Below are positions 1 to 12,492 of a stretch of DNA of 64,000 nucleotides, in pieces. The DNA comes from Rhizophagus irregularis (Eukaryota), in contig NC_089435.1 in assembly GCF_026210795.1 (NCBI RefSeq), positions 4,340,001-4,404,000 on the forward strand, read 5' to 3'. Each line of letters opens with the position of its first letter. The stretch's first letter is position 1. The notes below the pieces were generated by a model. It did not search any database. It was given only the letters and a program-made list of their open reading frames with translations, and was not told the DNA's origin. Both the position numbers and the translations under genes were made by a program.

Positions 1-1789
1 ATTATTCTGAATTTTTTCCATTTCCTGAAAAACAACAAAGAATTGACTATAAATAATAAATTGTCAAAAAGAATTAATAAATTGTTAATGTACAACCGAT
101 CTCTGAAAATTACTAATATGAACACTCGCTTAATTATTTTTATTGATAATTCGCATTTGATATTAATGGCCACATTTTGTATTCGGGAACTTTAAGCGAT
201 GTTGTCCATTCCTTTCAGTAGATTGAAAATTATCTAAGATCATTGGTAATGAACATTTGAATGATCTAGAATAAAATAATAAATATAAAATGAACAATAT
301 CTCACACATCAAAAAAAAAATCTTTTAGTGGAATCCTTACACTAAAGTCTAATAATTAAACTCCCATCACAAAAAAATTCTGCGGATCTATATGTGACAA
401 ATTTACAAAAATATTAAGAATAGCAGTTTCGTATTATGACGGTCACCAAATAAGCTCTATGATAAATGCCCGATCATTTGCAAGATATCCATTAAATCTT
501 ATATTTGAATTGGGAACTTCTAAATAATTTCACTGCTGACGAAAACCATGATTTGGCAAAGCAACACGCGCCAGTGATGATTTTCTCGATGAATAGTGTG
601 TCAATATACATTATTTTGTTGTAGATTATCCTACATTCAATTATATTTGATGCAAAGAGTAATTTAAATTTATTAATTTTGTTATTTGCTGTTCAATTTT
701 GTTTTATTCAACAAAAGGATAAGTATTGAAACTTAACTCCTTCTTGTACGATTCGTAGCAGCCCAAGAATCGAATTCTTCATCCGTTAAAAGGGTATGAT
801 TGCATCACGGAGATCTAGATCAACAAGTATCCCTAGTGTTTGTGGGAAAGTTGAGTAAAAAAACCATGCTATGGCTGCGATACGGATAAGTTGACTAGAT
901 TAACTCGAGATTTATTTCCATCTTCTGCTTCATATGTCCTTTTATATCCTGTTATAATCGAAATGGAATAATAAAATGTAAATCCGTTGAAAGGCTAGTT
1001 CTTACTTCGTTAACGCATGAATAAATTCTCGATCATATGAAGGGTTACATACCAGACATTGATGTCCCTACTCCCTACTATATAATAAAATCCAATTATT
1101 GAAAAAAAAAATGATTTGGCTCGTGACCGTGATACATAGATTTGTTTTACTAAGTAATATAGTGTCTACGGATCACATCAATTTTTCGTTTATTCAAACT
1201 ATCTACAGCACAATAATCTTATGATCCGGTTTCAGTCATCTAGATAGGATAAAAATTGATGTCAGTTATACGTTCACGAGATATACAATATCAGAAATAA
1301 ATTAACTATACTTTAGTAAAGTTCTTTACATGATTACCTTAATATGATCGAATTCCGAGCAAAAAATTTGGGCTTTAGTTTGAATCTTTTCAATATAAAC
1401 GCACAGCTACAACCAAAAAATGTGCCTTTTAATGTCTCGTTCAGAACGTTCGTTTCCGGTATTTTCGTCGACATTTCCCCATACTGCCTTCAGGTGAGTA
1501 ATAATATTTTTGTTTAGGCTCAAAGATAACAGTATTACACATGAAAGTATCGCAAAAAATAAAAATAATCTTTAAAAATATGCACATTTTAGATCTACAG
1601 TATGACAGAAAAAAAATTCATATGATGACATCTATAATTTAACAGCCATGCTATTTAGAATTTTTTCGTTCCAGCCTTAAATAGAAATTGTCAAACTATC
1701 CCATAGTTGCTCCATCAACCTTCACAGGATCCCCTTTCATATCATTTATACAACTTTCGTTCTCTATGATCATATTGTCTAATATTTGG

Positions 1790-2760
1790 AAGGATTTGGA
1801 AGGTTAAAGTCTCAGTGAAGGAAATGTTAAGAGGAAATTACCTGTTGAGAAGCCTCCTACCAAAACATTAAAGGTGAACCCGGAGGTGAGAAACTGTCCT
1901 CAACTAGTAGTTACAGCGGTTTATTCAGCTGGCCCTCAAGATAATATCATTTACATTTACAGCCACTGATAAGTGTGTCTCAATGTTACCTCTCGAATAA
2001 GAAATTACGTTAGTCACATTCTTTTGCTAATTAGCTTGTTTCTATATTTATAGATTATCCAAATAAAAGGCCAAGGCTTGAAGTCATGTCGTACCTTTAG
2101 ATTTTAAACGGCATCCTTAGCCGCTTTTAAATATATTAGTGTATTTCTTTGGAATTATCAAGAATCACCAGAATCGGAAAAAAATTAAGAAATGTTTGTA
2201 AGCTATTCGAGATAAATGGGAGAGATCAAATACATCAATGTTTGTAATGGTGTCTGATGCTAGATGTGGGAAATCTTGAAATGCCTCAGAAATTTCTGCA
2301 AAATATTTGTAATAGATCTTGTTTGCAGAGAGTACATTCCTTGGAAAATAGTAGAAGTCTCTAAAAACTAATGCAAATATTGCTAGCTTCAGAGTCAGGA
2401 CCTTCACTGGACTAAATTCATGATAGTTAGGTCAGATTACAATTATTAACGTTCTCAAAAGATGCGCAAACAAAAAGGAACTGACTGTAATCTTTTAATC
2501 TACCAAGATGATGGAATTATTGTTCTATTTTTTAATGATGAAAAATACCTGTTCTTGCAACGAACATTGAATCATCCTTTGGTTATTACATGTTGCACAG
2601 CGACTATCGCATATTCACTTCATGCTACGTTTAGTTTTTTTCCCATTTGTTTTTAGATGCTCCAAAAGAGAGGGAAAAAATAATCTTTAAGTGATATCCC
2701 GTTTCAATATGTTAATAAGAAATAGGTGGTCAGAAATTTCAATAATATCACTTAAGGAAT
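1790..2760 (+). pseudogene. Degenerate Crinkler-like (CRN N-terminal domain + P-loop NTPase) gene
   Basis: Fragments in shifting frames: IWKVKVS and GGEKLSSTS...AGPQDNIIYI resemble the CRN N-terminal LWKV...HIIV motifs; MVSDARCGKS*NASE (2238-2291) resembles the CRN-NTPase Walker A GAGxGKSRNASE; VITCCTATI lies in ORF 2462-2656. Multiple stops and frameshifts; boundaries approximate. Confidence 0.5.
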
Positions 2761-3623
2761 TCTATAATGAATGGATTTTTACAAAAGAATTAAATAAATT
2801 AAATAAGCAAGTATTCGTTAGTTATCATCTGAGAACATGATGAAGAAATGGAAAGTTTATAAAAATAGTTAAAGAACTATGGTAACTAATCTGTAAGTTT
2901 ATGTATATTATTATTGCATAAATATCATCTGTAAAGAATTATTCTTGTTGTTCTTTAATCTATTCTGACATACAGCTTTTTGATCATTACAAAAGTCTGA
3001 TGAGGTAAAAAACGAGCAATATTTTTTCATAATATTCCAATCCGTTTCATATTTGCTGCTTAACACATTATAATATTATTACCACAGAATAAAATGTCAC
3101 GGTCATAGATTTATGATTTCGATCATTTCTAAAAAATAATGAAAAATAAAAAAAATAAAAAATTTCTTTCGTTCCTTTTTATTAATAAAATTTCACAATT
3201 GTAAATTACTACATATATGTATTTGCTATTATAATCTTTCCATGTAAAGGTCAAAAATTTTTCTTAACCATTCGATATTTTATGCTTCCTTCGCTCTTTA
3301 AGGATTTTTGATGTAGATTCAATTACTTGAATAAATCCATCAAAAGAAGGTTCTTTATTTTATCTCTACATCATTGTTAATCGTGCGCATTATTGTTATA
3401 CTTTTTATATATTTCCATATTTGGAATAAAATGTTGCGATAATCAACTGTGTAACCAGTGTGATCAAAATTCTTTAAATCCTTATTTATTTCTCACACAA
3501 AAACATTTCGTCAGATACAAAATTTTTCCCATAATACGATGTAAATTTGATATTGGAATAAATAAAGTGACTTTTCATTGTCAATTTACAAATAACATTT
3601 ACTAAAATATTTGGTTATTTGAG

Positions 3624-5110
3624 ATGGTATGTTCAATTTGTTATGTATTGTAGAAAATCTAGCAATTATGTTAACTGATATTATCTTAATTATTTAATAG
3701 GATTCCTTGCCACCTCCTATCGTGATACGTGACATAAATGAACAGAATGTCAGTCAAATATAAAGAAAATTTTTTGGATTTTCAAAATTAAACAAAAATT
3801 TTTAAATTTTCATCTACTTTTAGATTGACGAAACCTTACAACGCTTAAGGAAGCTAAATCAAGACGATAACAAGAAATACAGGGTGTATGGCATTTGGTC
3901 ATGTCAATCACGTCAATGTTCGAATGAATGGGAAAGTTTGTATACCCAGAAATCATTCAAGGTGTATTTAGATAAAACGGAGTTTCATTCTTTCAAGAGA
4001 AAGTGTTGGATGTGCAACTCCAAGTGTCAGTTTTCAAGTATTCAATTGTACGAACAACAGCAAATGTCAAAAGAATCAAATGTATATAATATTTATTACA
4101 GAATATTTTGCATTTTCGAAATTTCTTTCAATTAACATCTATTTCATAGGTTATTCAAATCGTCCGTCAACTAGTAAACTCAACTGTTTACAGTAAATAT
4201 TTGGTATATGGACATTGGATATGTCGAAACTGGAAATGCGGACACAAACCTCAATGTAGAAATAAATCGGAATGTCAAGACAAATGGCAATATCAAAATA
4301 AATGGAAATGTCCACACAATCGCCGATGTCATAAAGTAGAACAATGTAGGAAAAAGATGTGTAACTGTCGATGCAGATATTATCTTTCTAATCACGAACG
4401 ACACTGTCAAAATAAATGGACAAAACTAAATGAATGGAAGTGTAATCATGAATCAAAATGCCGGAACGAATGGGAATGTCAATGGGAATGTAAATGTCAA
4501 AATGAATGGCTAAAAAAATATACTCTTGAAGAACTCGAAAAGTATCAATCAAGTGAAAAAAATTTCAGGCAACTCTGTAAGGAATGTAATCAATGGAGTC
4601 AAGTCTCAAGTTTCCGTTTATATACACAGCAGCCAAAAAATAAAAATGTAGGTTGCATTCCTAAGTTATACCAGTGTTATACCCGTATGAGATCGTACAT
4701 GTGGGAGAATTGTGGAAGCGTAATACCATAATTTATCGAAATAACTAAATTTCTCATATTATACTTAGGAAATCCCTGCCATTGAGATTATCTGCCATTT
4801 AGGATGGAACAATCATTACAGAGTGTATGGCGATTGGAATTGTTGTGGATGTGATGTATCTTGGCCAAGCGCTTTTACTTGGATATCACTCCAAAAGTTC
4901 ATGGATGAAATTCCAGGGGAGAGTCTAAACCGGGGTGATTTTTACACGCAAAAGTGCAAAAAATGCGAGAATCCGGAGAACAAAATATTGGAATACGCAC
5001 CTTTAAAAAAAGCGGAAGGCAAAAAGCCCCACACACGGGGTGTGTGTATAAAATGTCTTTATTATGATTCTTGTCGTCAAACTGGCACCTACTTAGGCTT
5101 AACAAGTTAA
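3624..5110 (+). CDS. Protein with three tandem 3CxxC-type (ZAR1/ZCCHC24-like) zinc-binding domains
   Basis: GT-AG spliced model that stays in frame: exons 3624-3626 (ATG only), 3701-3748, 3824-4081, 4150-4647, 4769-5110. Each of the last three exons has VYGxWxC...W...CxxC; the last ends PHTRGVCIKC like the ZAR1/ZCCHC24 C-terminus. Confidence 0.8.
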
Positions 5111-8100
5111 AAGTTATCAACGATCTTTTACGAGAGAAGCGCTTCAGTTTCTTAGTTTTAAAAAAAAAAAGATTTTAAAGACAAATGAATTTCCTTCTCG
5201 TTTAAAAAATCATATTTTTAAAGTCTTAAAGAAATATCACGGGTTTATTTTATGCTATTGTACCATGTGTATCAATCACACACGTTTTATTTATTTTTGA
5301 TCCTTGATTTATTAATTTTTATTGTATCCTGATTCATTATTTTATCATCATTTAGTTTATTCCTTTTTCATTTTTATTTCATTAAGAATTCGTTTCGGTT
5401 GAATAAAATAATACATAATTTTATTGTCAGTTTTCTTTGTTCATATATGGAAATCTATAACTCTAACTATTGCAAATTCTCAAGAATAAAAAATGTAAAA
5501 TTCGATATACCCTATCCAGACCATAAACGAAATTGGAACTGGACTGATTACTATAATTTATGATAAATTTGTTTTCGATATATCGAATTCCTTGATATAA
5601 AGAATAATGCGTAATATGGCCAATCACGTCCAAGTTTTACAAAAAGTACAGAATAACGTTCAACAATTCTAAACTGATGTGACATTAGCCTCCAAGTACC
5701 AAAAAAAATTGATATTGAATGTTAAAGTCTGAGCTCATGTAGTTAGGATTTATTATCACTTAGATATATATATATATAAGGCTAATTATTAATAAGATCC
5801 GGTAAAGGGCTCGCTAGCGTGGCATACACAGAAGGAATATAACAAGGTTGAAACGCTCTGGCAAGTGTCTAAAGAACTTCTTTTTAAGCATCGGCCATAT
5901 GTCGTTCACGGGATCATACGAGTTTAGGTAGCCTTTTGTTGCATAATGCTATAAAAATAATGAACATAACGGCTGCCTACTAACCTTTTTCATTGTTAGA
6001 ATGAGTTAAATTTAAGTTTGCTTCGTCCTAGAAAGGATATTTTACTCGCGAAAAAATTATCACCGTATCTGTACTTGTTACTATGTTGTTTTAATTTTTC
6101 ATAACAATTCAATAGCATCAGTTTAATTATTATGAGTATTTTAAAGCAATTTCATCATCTAATCTTTCTATATTCCAAGTTTTCCAATAATAATCCATTC
6201 CCTAAAAATACAGAACTTTATTAAGTAAAAGTTTATTTGAATTAATACCAAACTAGAAATGTGATCTGAAACTAAATAAACTACTGCTCTAAATTCAGAC
6301 AACAGATAATTTTTAAATGCAATAACTAAATCTTCAGATATAAAGAATTAAAGGAATTTAATTGGATGATTTATTATAATGATTACATATTGAGAAAAAT
6401 TCATTATAAAGTAAGTTTATTATATCAAGAGTTGACTATCTATGATTACATATTAATACAAAAAACGCGTTGGCATGCCAAATTTCAAGTATTTTGACAG
6501 ATAGGATTCGTTCCAATTTAAACAAAAAAATATAAAAAGAAACCGGACATGAACCATGGCAATTATCAAATAATGCCAGTCAGAATTTTATTTTCTATTA
6601 TAGTAACTGGCCGACATTATTTAACTGGCCGACATTATTATAACTCCAGTTCTGAAAAAATACATACAGCCTATAGTAAAAATTTTTTTTATCACCTGAT
6701 CCTTATATATATATTTTTAAGTCTTAGTTAAACTTTGCTTTTTCTTTTTAGTTGTAACTATTGATATCTGTTTTTAAAATGATTTTTGACTTGATTTTTA
6801 TATATTTTATTTCAAATAATGCATTCAACTTCTTAACAATAATTTTTTGCCAAATAAATCAGTTTTTTGCTTGTAATAGATTTTTTATTTCTATATAAAT
6901 GCCTCTTTAACAGATTTTTTGATGTAATTTATTATTGCATTAAATATACAAATAAGGTATAGTGAATATTTATACATAGTTTTTGTTATAATAGATTTTT
7001 GCAATATAAAAATTGAAGCTTATTGAATTAATTAGATAATTGAATATGATATATTATATAAAGTAAAAATAGTATTTAATAGGAATCATTAAAATATGTT
7101 TAGTACTTTTTATGAACTATTTTAGTTTTATCCAAAAGGACAGGCTTTTACAAGTCTTTAACAAATTCTATTAGCTAAGATTATAATTAATTAATTAATT
7201 AATAAAGCTTAATAAGACTTTTTTAAGCAAAGCTTAAATGATTTAATATGGCTTATAAAAAGCACTAGATACACTTTAAGTAATTTTATTATATGAAGTA
7301 ATATATTTTAAATCTAGTACATTTAAAGTTTTTATTGATGAAATGATAGTATTACATTTATCAGTTCGCTTTCTATATAATTATTTTGATCTTGATTTTT
7401 GTTTCTTAATAAATTCTGAAACAGAAATCAAAATATGATCATATATAAAATAATAAAAAAAAAACATTAAATTATTTACTATCTTAGATTTCTTTATATA
7501 GTCTAGATCTAATAATAATCTTTTTCTTTTAAACTTTCAGTATAACTTATTGATTTTTTTTTTAGTTAATTTTTTTTAATAAGAAAAATTATAAATTAAT
7601 TTTAGTTAATTAATATTATTTCCTATATATAAAGAAATATAATTTAGGCTACTTCAAGCCAATTCTTTATTTAATATAATATAGAGAGTCCCAATTTAGG
7701 GGAGGAAGAAAGGAATAAAAAATAATATATAAAATAAAATATATGGCCAGAATTACCATTAATTTTGGCCAAAATTTTGACCAAAAAAGTAAGCAAAAAT
7801 TTTAGATGATAATTCCAGTCAAAACTTAAAGATTTGTTTAATTCTGGCCTAAATTACATGTATTTTTTACATAAAAAATCCAAAAACAGGAGGAGGGGTA
7901 AATGAAAAATTGAATTGGTATGATCTTATTGCTAAAAAAAAAAAAATTGTGCATTTGTACCTTTAACTTACTATTAATATTAAAAGATCTACTATTAATT
8001 CCAATTATTGAGTTATTTGTCATAACTTAGTAAATATAAACTAACAGTCCACTAACTGATTTAATTTTTCTTTTTGATTTTAAGCAAGTTTATAATTAAG

Positions 8101-8256
8101 GTCCTAATAAATAATTTTGGTATTAATTTACTTTTAAAAATTTCAAAATCTCAAATTTAAGAAATTTCCAAAAATATAGTTTTATATTCTAATACTGCTT
8201 TGTAATTTATTCCAAAAACTTGATAAACATATATATAATTCAAAGTTTTCATACAC

Positions 8257-8747
8257 CAGTCGCATCTCCATAAGTGCACGCACCTGAGGCCTGGCCATGT
8301 ACATGCAGTTAGGGAAGGTGTGCACTTAAAAAACAGCCAATGGAAAAATCAATATTAGTAATTGGAGAGAATATTTATTTAAATTCACTTTTATTTTATA
8401 TTTTCATTTTAATGAAAGAATTGTACATACAAAAATGATCTGTGATGTAAAATAATATAATAAAATTAAAAAGATTGAAAAATATTTTTTATTTAAAAAA
8501 ATGTAACTTGTCAAATTTATCTATTTTAAAAAACCAAACAACTATCAATGATTGGTCAATATTATATAATTGTCATGTGAATGCATTTATGAAGAGTGTT
8601 CTGATATACCTGAAATTCAGAATTACATGCACATGTAGAACATAAAAGTGTGCACTTAGCTTTAAATCCTTAGCTTGGGACCAAACCATGGCGTGTATAT
8701 AGGGAGGGAATGCACTTATAAAGGGTGCACTTATGGAGGTGTGACTG
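8257..8747. mobile_element. Tc1/mariner (pogo-like) MITE, ~490 bp
   Basis: 23-bp TIR CAGTCGCATCTCCATAAGTGCAC versus reverse complement of the right end CAGTCACACCTCCATAAGTGCAC; TA follows the right end; internal GTGCAC repeats. Confidence 0.8.
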
Positions 8748-8767
8748 TAATACTACCAAAATACTTA

Positions 8768-8939
8768 CAGTCAACCCTTGTTATAACAAACCCTAGGTTC
8801 CAGACCTCAACTTCGCTATAGGGCTATAGTGAAGATTTTAAGAGATTTGATTGGTTAATTCATTATAGCAAGGGGAAATTTATTATAGTTGTCTGAAAAA
8901 TTCATTATATTAAGGGTTCGCTATATCAAGGTTTGACTG
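8768..8939. mobile_element. pogo/Tigger-like MITE, 172 bp
   Basis: TIR CAGTCAACCCTTGTTATAACAAACCCT versus CAGTCAAACCTTGATATAGCGAACCCT; TA on both flanks (8766-8767, 8940-8941). Confidence 0.85.
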
Positions 8940-9060
8940 TATCTATATTTTTAACAAAAATAAAAAAAATAAACTTGCTTATCTGTACTATTCAAGTAAG
9001 TTCTTTGCTCATTTATATTTTAGACTTTTTTGAATATCAGAAATAATTTTAAGGAATGTA

Positions 9061-12000
9061 CACTGGTAAAAAAATGGTCTATCCTACACATATCCTACAC
9101 ATATCTTACATATATTAGGTACTCAAAATGTAGAAAATCATACACAAATAATACATATATCATACACATATCGGGTACTTATATATATAGTATACCTATC
9201 AGGTAAAGTCAATCCGGATATCCGGTCATCCATCTGAAATTTGACCGGATTCGGATTGATCCGGATGATTCATCGGATTGACTGGATGGATCATCAGATA
9301 TCCAGTCAATACTTGCTCACCAATTTGACCGGATGGTTGACCGGATATCTGAATAATCCGGTCAATCCGGTGAATCCGGTGAATCCGAATTCAGTTTTTT
9401 CTACTTAATACTTTTTATTAATATTAATTAACAATTAGAATTTTTATAATAATAAACATAGTATTTATTTTTACGTTATTACAAATGATTTTTAACAAAT
9501 TAGTTGACACAATATTTATAAAAAGTTTAAGATTTAGAGGTCCAAGAAGGTGTCTCCCTAAAAAAAAGAAGCAAAAGGAACGTTAATTACGTTCCTAAAA
9601 ACAAAAAAACAAAAATACCTTTCCCCCAACTTACCTTTATAACCCATGCCAAAATCCAGGTCCAAGAGGCGTCCTCCAAAAGAAAGAAGCAAAAGGAACG
9701 TTAGTTACGTTCCTAAAGACAAAAAAAAAAGATAAAAAAACCCTTCCCCAACTTACTTTAATAGCCCAAGCTGAAATCCAGGTCCAGGAAGGGCGTCACC
9801 TAAAGAAAAGAAGCAAAAGGAACGTTAATTACGTTCCCAAAGACAAAAAAAACTCAAAAATAACCTCCCCAACTTACCTTTATGAAATCCAAATCTGGGA
9901 GGGCGTCTCCTAAAGAAAAGAAGCAAAAGGAACGTTAATGACGTTCTTAAAGACAAAAAAAAAAGATAAAATACCCTCCCAACTTACTTTAATAACCCAA
10001 GCCAAAATCCAGGTCCAGGAAGGGCGTCACCTAAAGAAAAGAAGCAAAAGAAACGTTAATTACGTTCCCAAAGACAAAAAAAACTCAAAAATAACCTCCC
10101 CAACTTACCTTTATGAAATCCAAATCCGGGAGGACGTCTCCTAAAGAAAAGAAGCAAAAGGAACGTTAATGACGTTCCTAAAGACAAAAAAAAAAGATAA
10201 AACACCCTCCCCAATTTACTTTAATAGCCCAAGCCGAAATACAGGTTAGGAATGGCGTCACCTAAAGAAAAGAAGCAAAAGGAACGTTAGTTACGTTTCT
10301 AAAGACAAAAAAAACCCAAAAATAACCTCCCCAACTTACTTTAATATGCTGCCGAAATCCAGGTTAGGAAGGGCGTCACCTAAAGAAAAGAAGCAAAAGG
10401 AACATTAATGACGTTCCTAAAAAAAAATAAGCAAAACACCCTCATCCAACTTACTTTAATAGCCCAAGCCGAAATCCAGATCCAGGAAGGGCGTCACCTA
10501 AAGAAAAGAAGCAAAAGGAACGTTAATTACGTTCCCAAAGACAAAAAAAACCCCAAAAATAACCTCCCCAACTTACTTTAATAGCCCAAGCTGAAATCCA
10601 GGTTAGGAATGGCGTCACCTAAAGAAAAGAAGCAAAAGGAACATTAATGACGTTCCTAAAGATAAAAAAAAACAAAAATTAACTTCCCCAACTTACTTTA
10701 ATAGCCCAAGCCGAAATCAAGGTCCAGGAAGGGCGTCACCTAAAGAAAAGAAGCAAAAGGAACGTTAATTACGTTCCCAAAGACAAAAAAAACTCAAAAA
10801 TAACCTCCCCAACTTACTTTAATAGCCCAAGCCGAAATCCAGGTTAGGAAGGGCGTCACCTAAAGGAAAGAAGCAAAAGGAATGTTAATGACGTTCCTAA
10901 AGACAAAAAAAAAAGATAAAACACCCTCCCCAACTTACTTTAATAGCCCAAGCCGAAATCCAGGTTTAGGAAGGGCGTCACCTAAAGAAAAGAAGCAAAA
11001 GGAACGTTAATGACGTTCCTAAAAAAAAATAAGCAAAATACCCTCCCTCAACTTACTTTAATAGCCCAAGCCGAAATCCAGATCCAGGAAGGGCGTCACC
11101 TAAAGAAAAGAAGCAAAAGGAACGTTAATTACGTTCCCAAAGACAAAAAAAAACTCAAAAATAACCTCCCCAACTTACTTTAATAGCCCAAGCCGAAATC
11201 CAGGTTAGGAAGGACGTCACCTAAAGAAAAGAAGCAAAAGGAACGTTAATGACGTTCCTAAAGACAAAAAAAAAACAAAAATTAATTTCCCCAACTTACT
11301 TTAATAGCCTAAACTGAAATCCAGGTCTAGGAAGGGCATCACCTAAAGAAAAAAAGCAAAAGGAACGTTAATGACGTTCCCAAAGACAAAAAAAACCCCA
11401 AAAATACCCACCCCCAATTTACCTTTATGAAATCCAAATCCGGGAGGGCGTCTCCTAAAGAAAAAAAGTAAAAGGAACGTTAATGACGTTCCCAAAGACA
11501 AACAAAAAATCAAAATTACCCTCCCCAACTTACCTTTATAGCCCAAGCCGAAATTGAGTTCCAGGCAGGCGTCCCCTAAAGAAATGAAGTAAAGGAACGT
11601 TTAGTGACGTTCCGAAGACAAAAGAAAAAGAAATTTACACTTACTTTTCGAAATTCAAGCCGTCCAAGTCATTCGAAGTCCAAGTCCAAGTCCGTCCTAA
11701 AGAAAAAAAGGTGTTTTTTTTTAAAAAAAAACATTTATGTTAAAAAAAAAAAAAAAAGTTATGAATTTGACCAGATTATCTGATCAATCCGGTCAATCTG
11801 GTCATCCGTGTAATATCTGATCAATCCGATGTTATCCAACGGATCCATCCGGATTATCCGCAATCCATTCATTCTTAATCCGGATGATCCGTTTTTTGAT
11901 CGGGGATTGAGCGGATTTCACCGGAGCACACCTCTACTATTAGGTACCTGATATATGTATGATATATATATTAGTACCCGATATGTGTATGATATGTGTA

Positions 12001-12080
12001 TTATTTGTGTATGATTTTCTACATTTTGAGTACCCAATATGTGTAAGATATGTGTAGGATAAATCATTTTTTTACCAGTG
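9061..12080. mobile_element. Non-autonomous CACTA/CMC-type DNA transposon carrying an internal tandem array
   Basis: ~145-bp TIRs beginning CACTGGTAAAAAAATG; 3-bp TSD GTA (9058-9060, 12081-12083); ATCCGG-rich subterminal blocks at ~9205-9390 and ~11765-11925; no transposase ORF. Confidence 0.9.
9535..11715 (-). repeat. Tandem array of ~18 units of ~110-122 bp; on the minus strand each unit is a ~35-43 nt exon-like block plus a GTAAGT...TTTAG intron-like block
   Basis: Plus-strand anchors CCTAAAGAAAAGAAGCAAAAGGAACGTTAA and CCCCAACTTAC recur every ~120 bp. Their reverse complement gives a donor GTAAGT, a branch-like TTAAC/CTAAC, a pyrimidine tract and acceptor TTTAG|G. Confidence 0.85.
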
Positions 12081-12492
12081 GTAATATATATATGATTCAA
12101 TCTTTTATTTGAATAATAGTATATTACATTTTTCCAAAAAAGTCAAAATATTCCAAGTTTCAGGCTTATAATTAAAAAACTCGTATATTTTATTGATAGA
12201 TATTACTAATAAAAGAAATACAAAAAAGGAGTGCCAATATTACAACATTTTATAGTTTATTTTTATAATTTTTTTTACTTAAAAATTATCTTTTAAACTA
12301 TTTTTACAAGCTTGCTTTTTTAAAAATTAATAAACAAATAATTTTATATTTTTTAAAAATATTCTTATTTTAAAAATAAATTTACTTTTTTTTACTTTTT
12401 TTTTCTTTTATTTTATTCACATACAGTATATTTAATTGTTTAAAAAATATACTTTTTTTTAGAAATTCAGAATAGAAATATATTAAAAAAAT

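Noticed and set aside
160..610. Minus-strand spliced gene remnant
   Set aside because: An intron-like segment and short open stretches exist, but with stops and no recognisable motif.
6460..8200. Degenerate transposon here and at ~40510-43300
   Set aside because: TE-like motifs and short repeats are present, but I could not establish paired TIRs, a TSD or a coding motif.
9938..11546. ORFs 9938-10144 and 11343-11546
   Set aside because: Translations of tandem-repeat units across intron-like A/T tracts.
9535..11715. Repeat arrays (also 49130-52100 and 53790-56000) as CRISPR arrays
   Set aside because: Whole units are homologous with no unique spacers, there are no cas genes, and the context is eukaryotic with introns.
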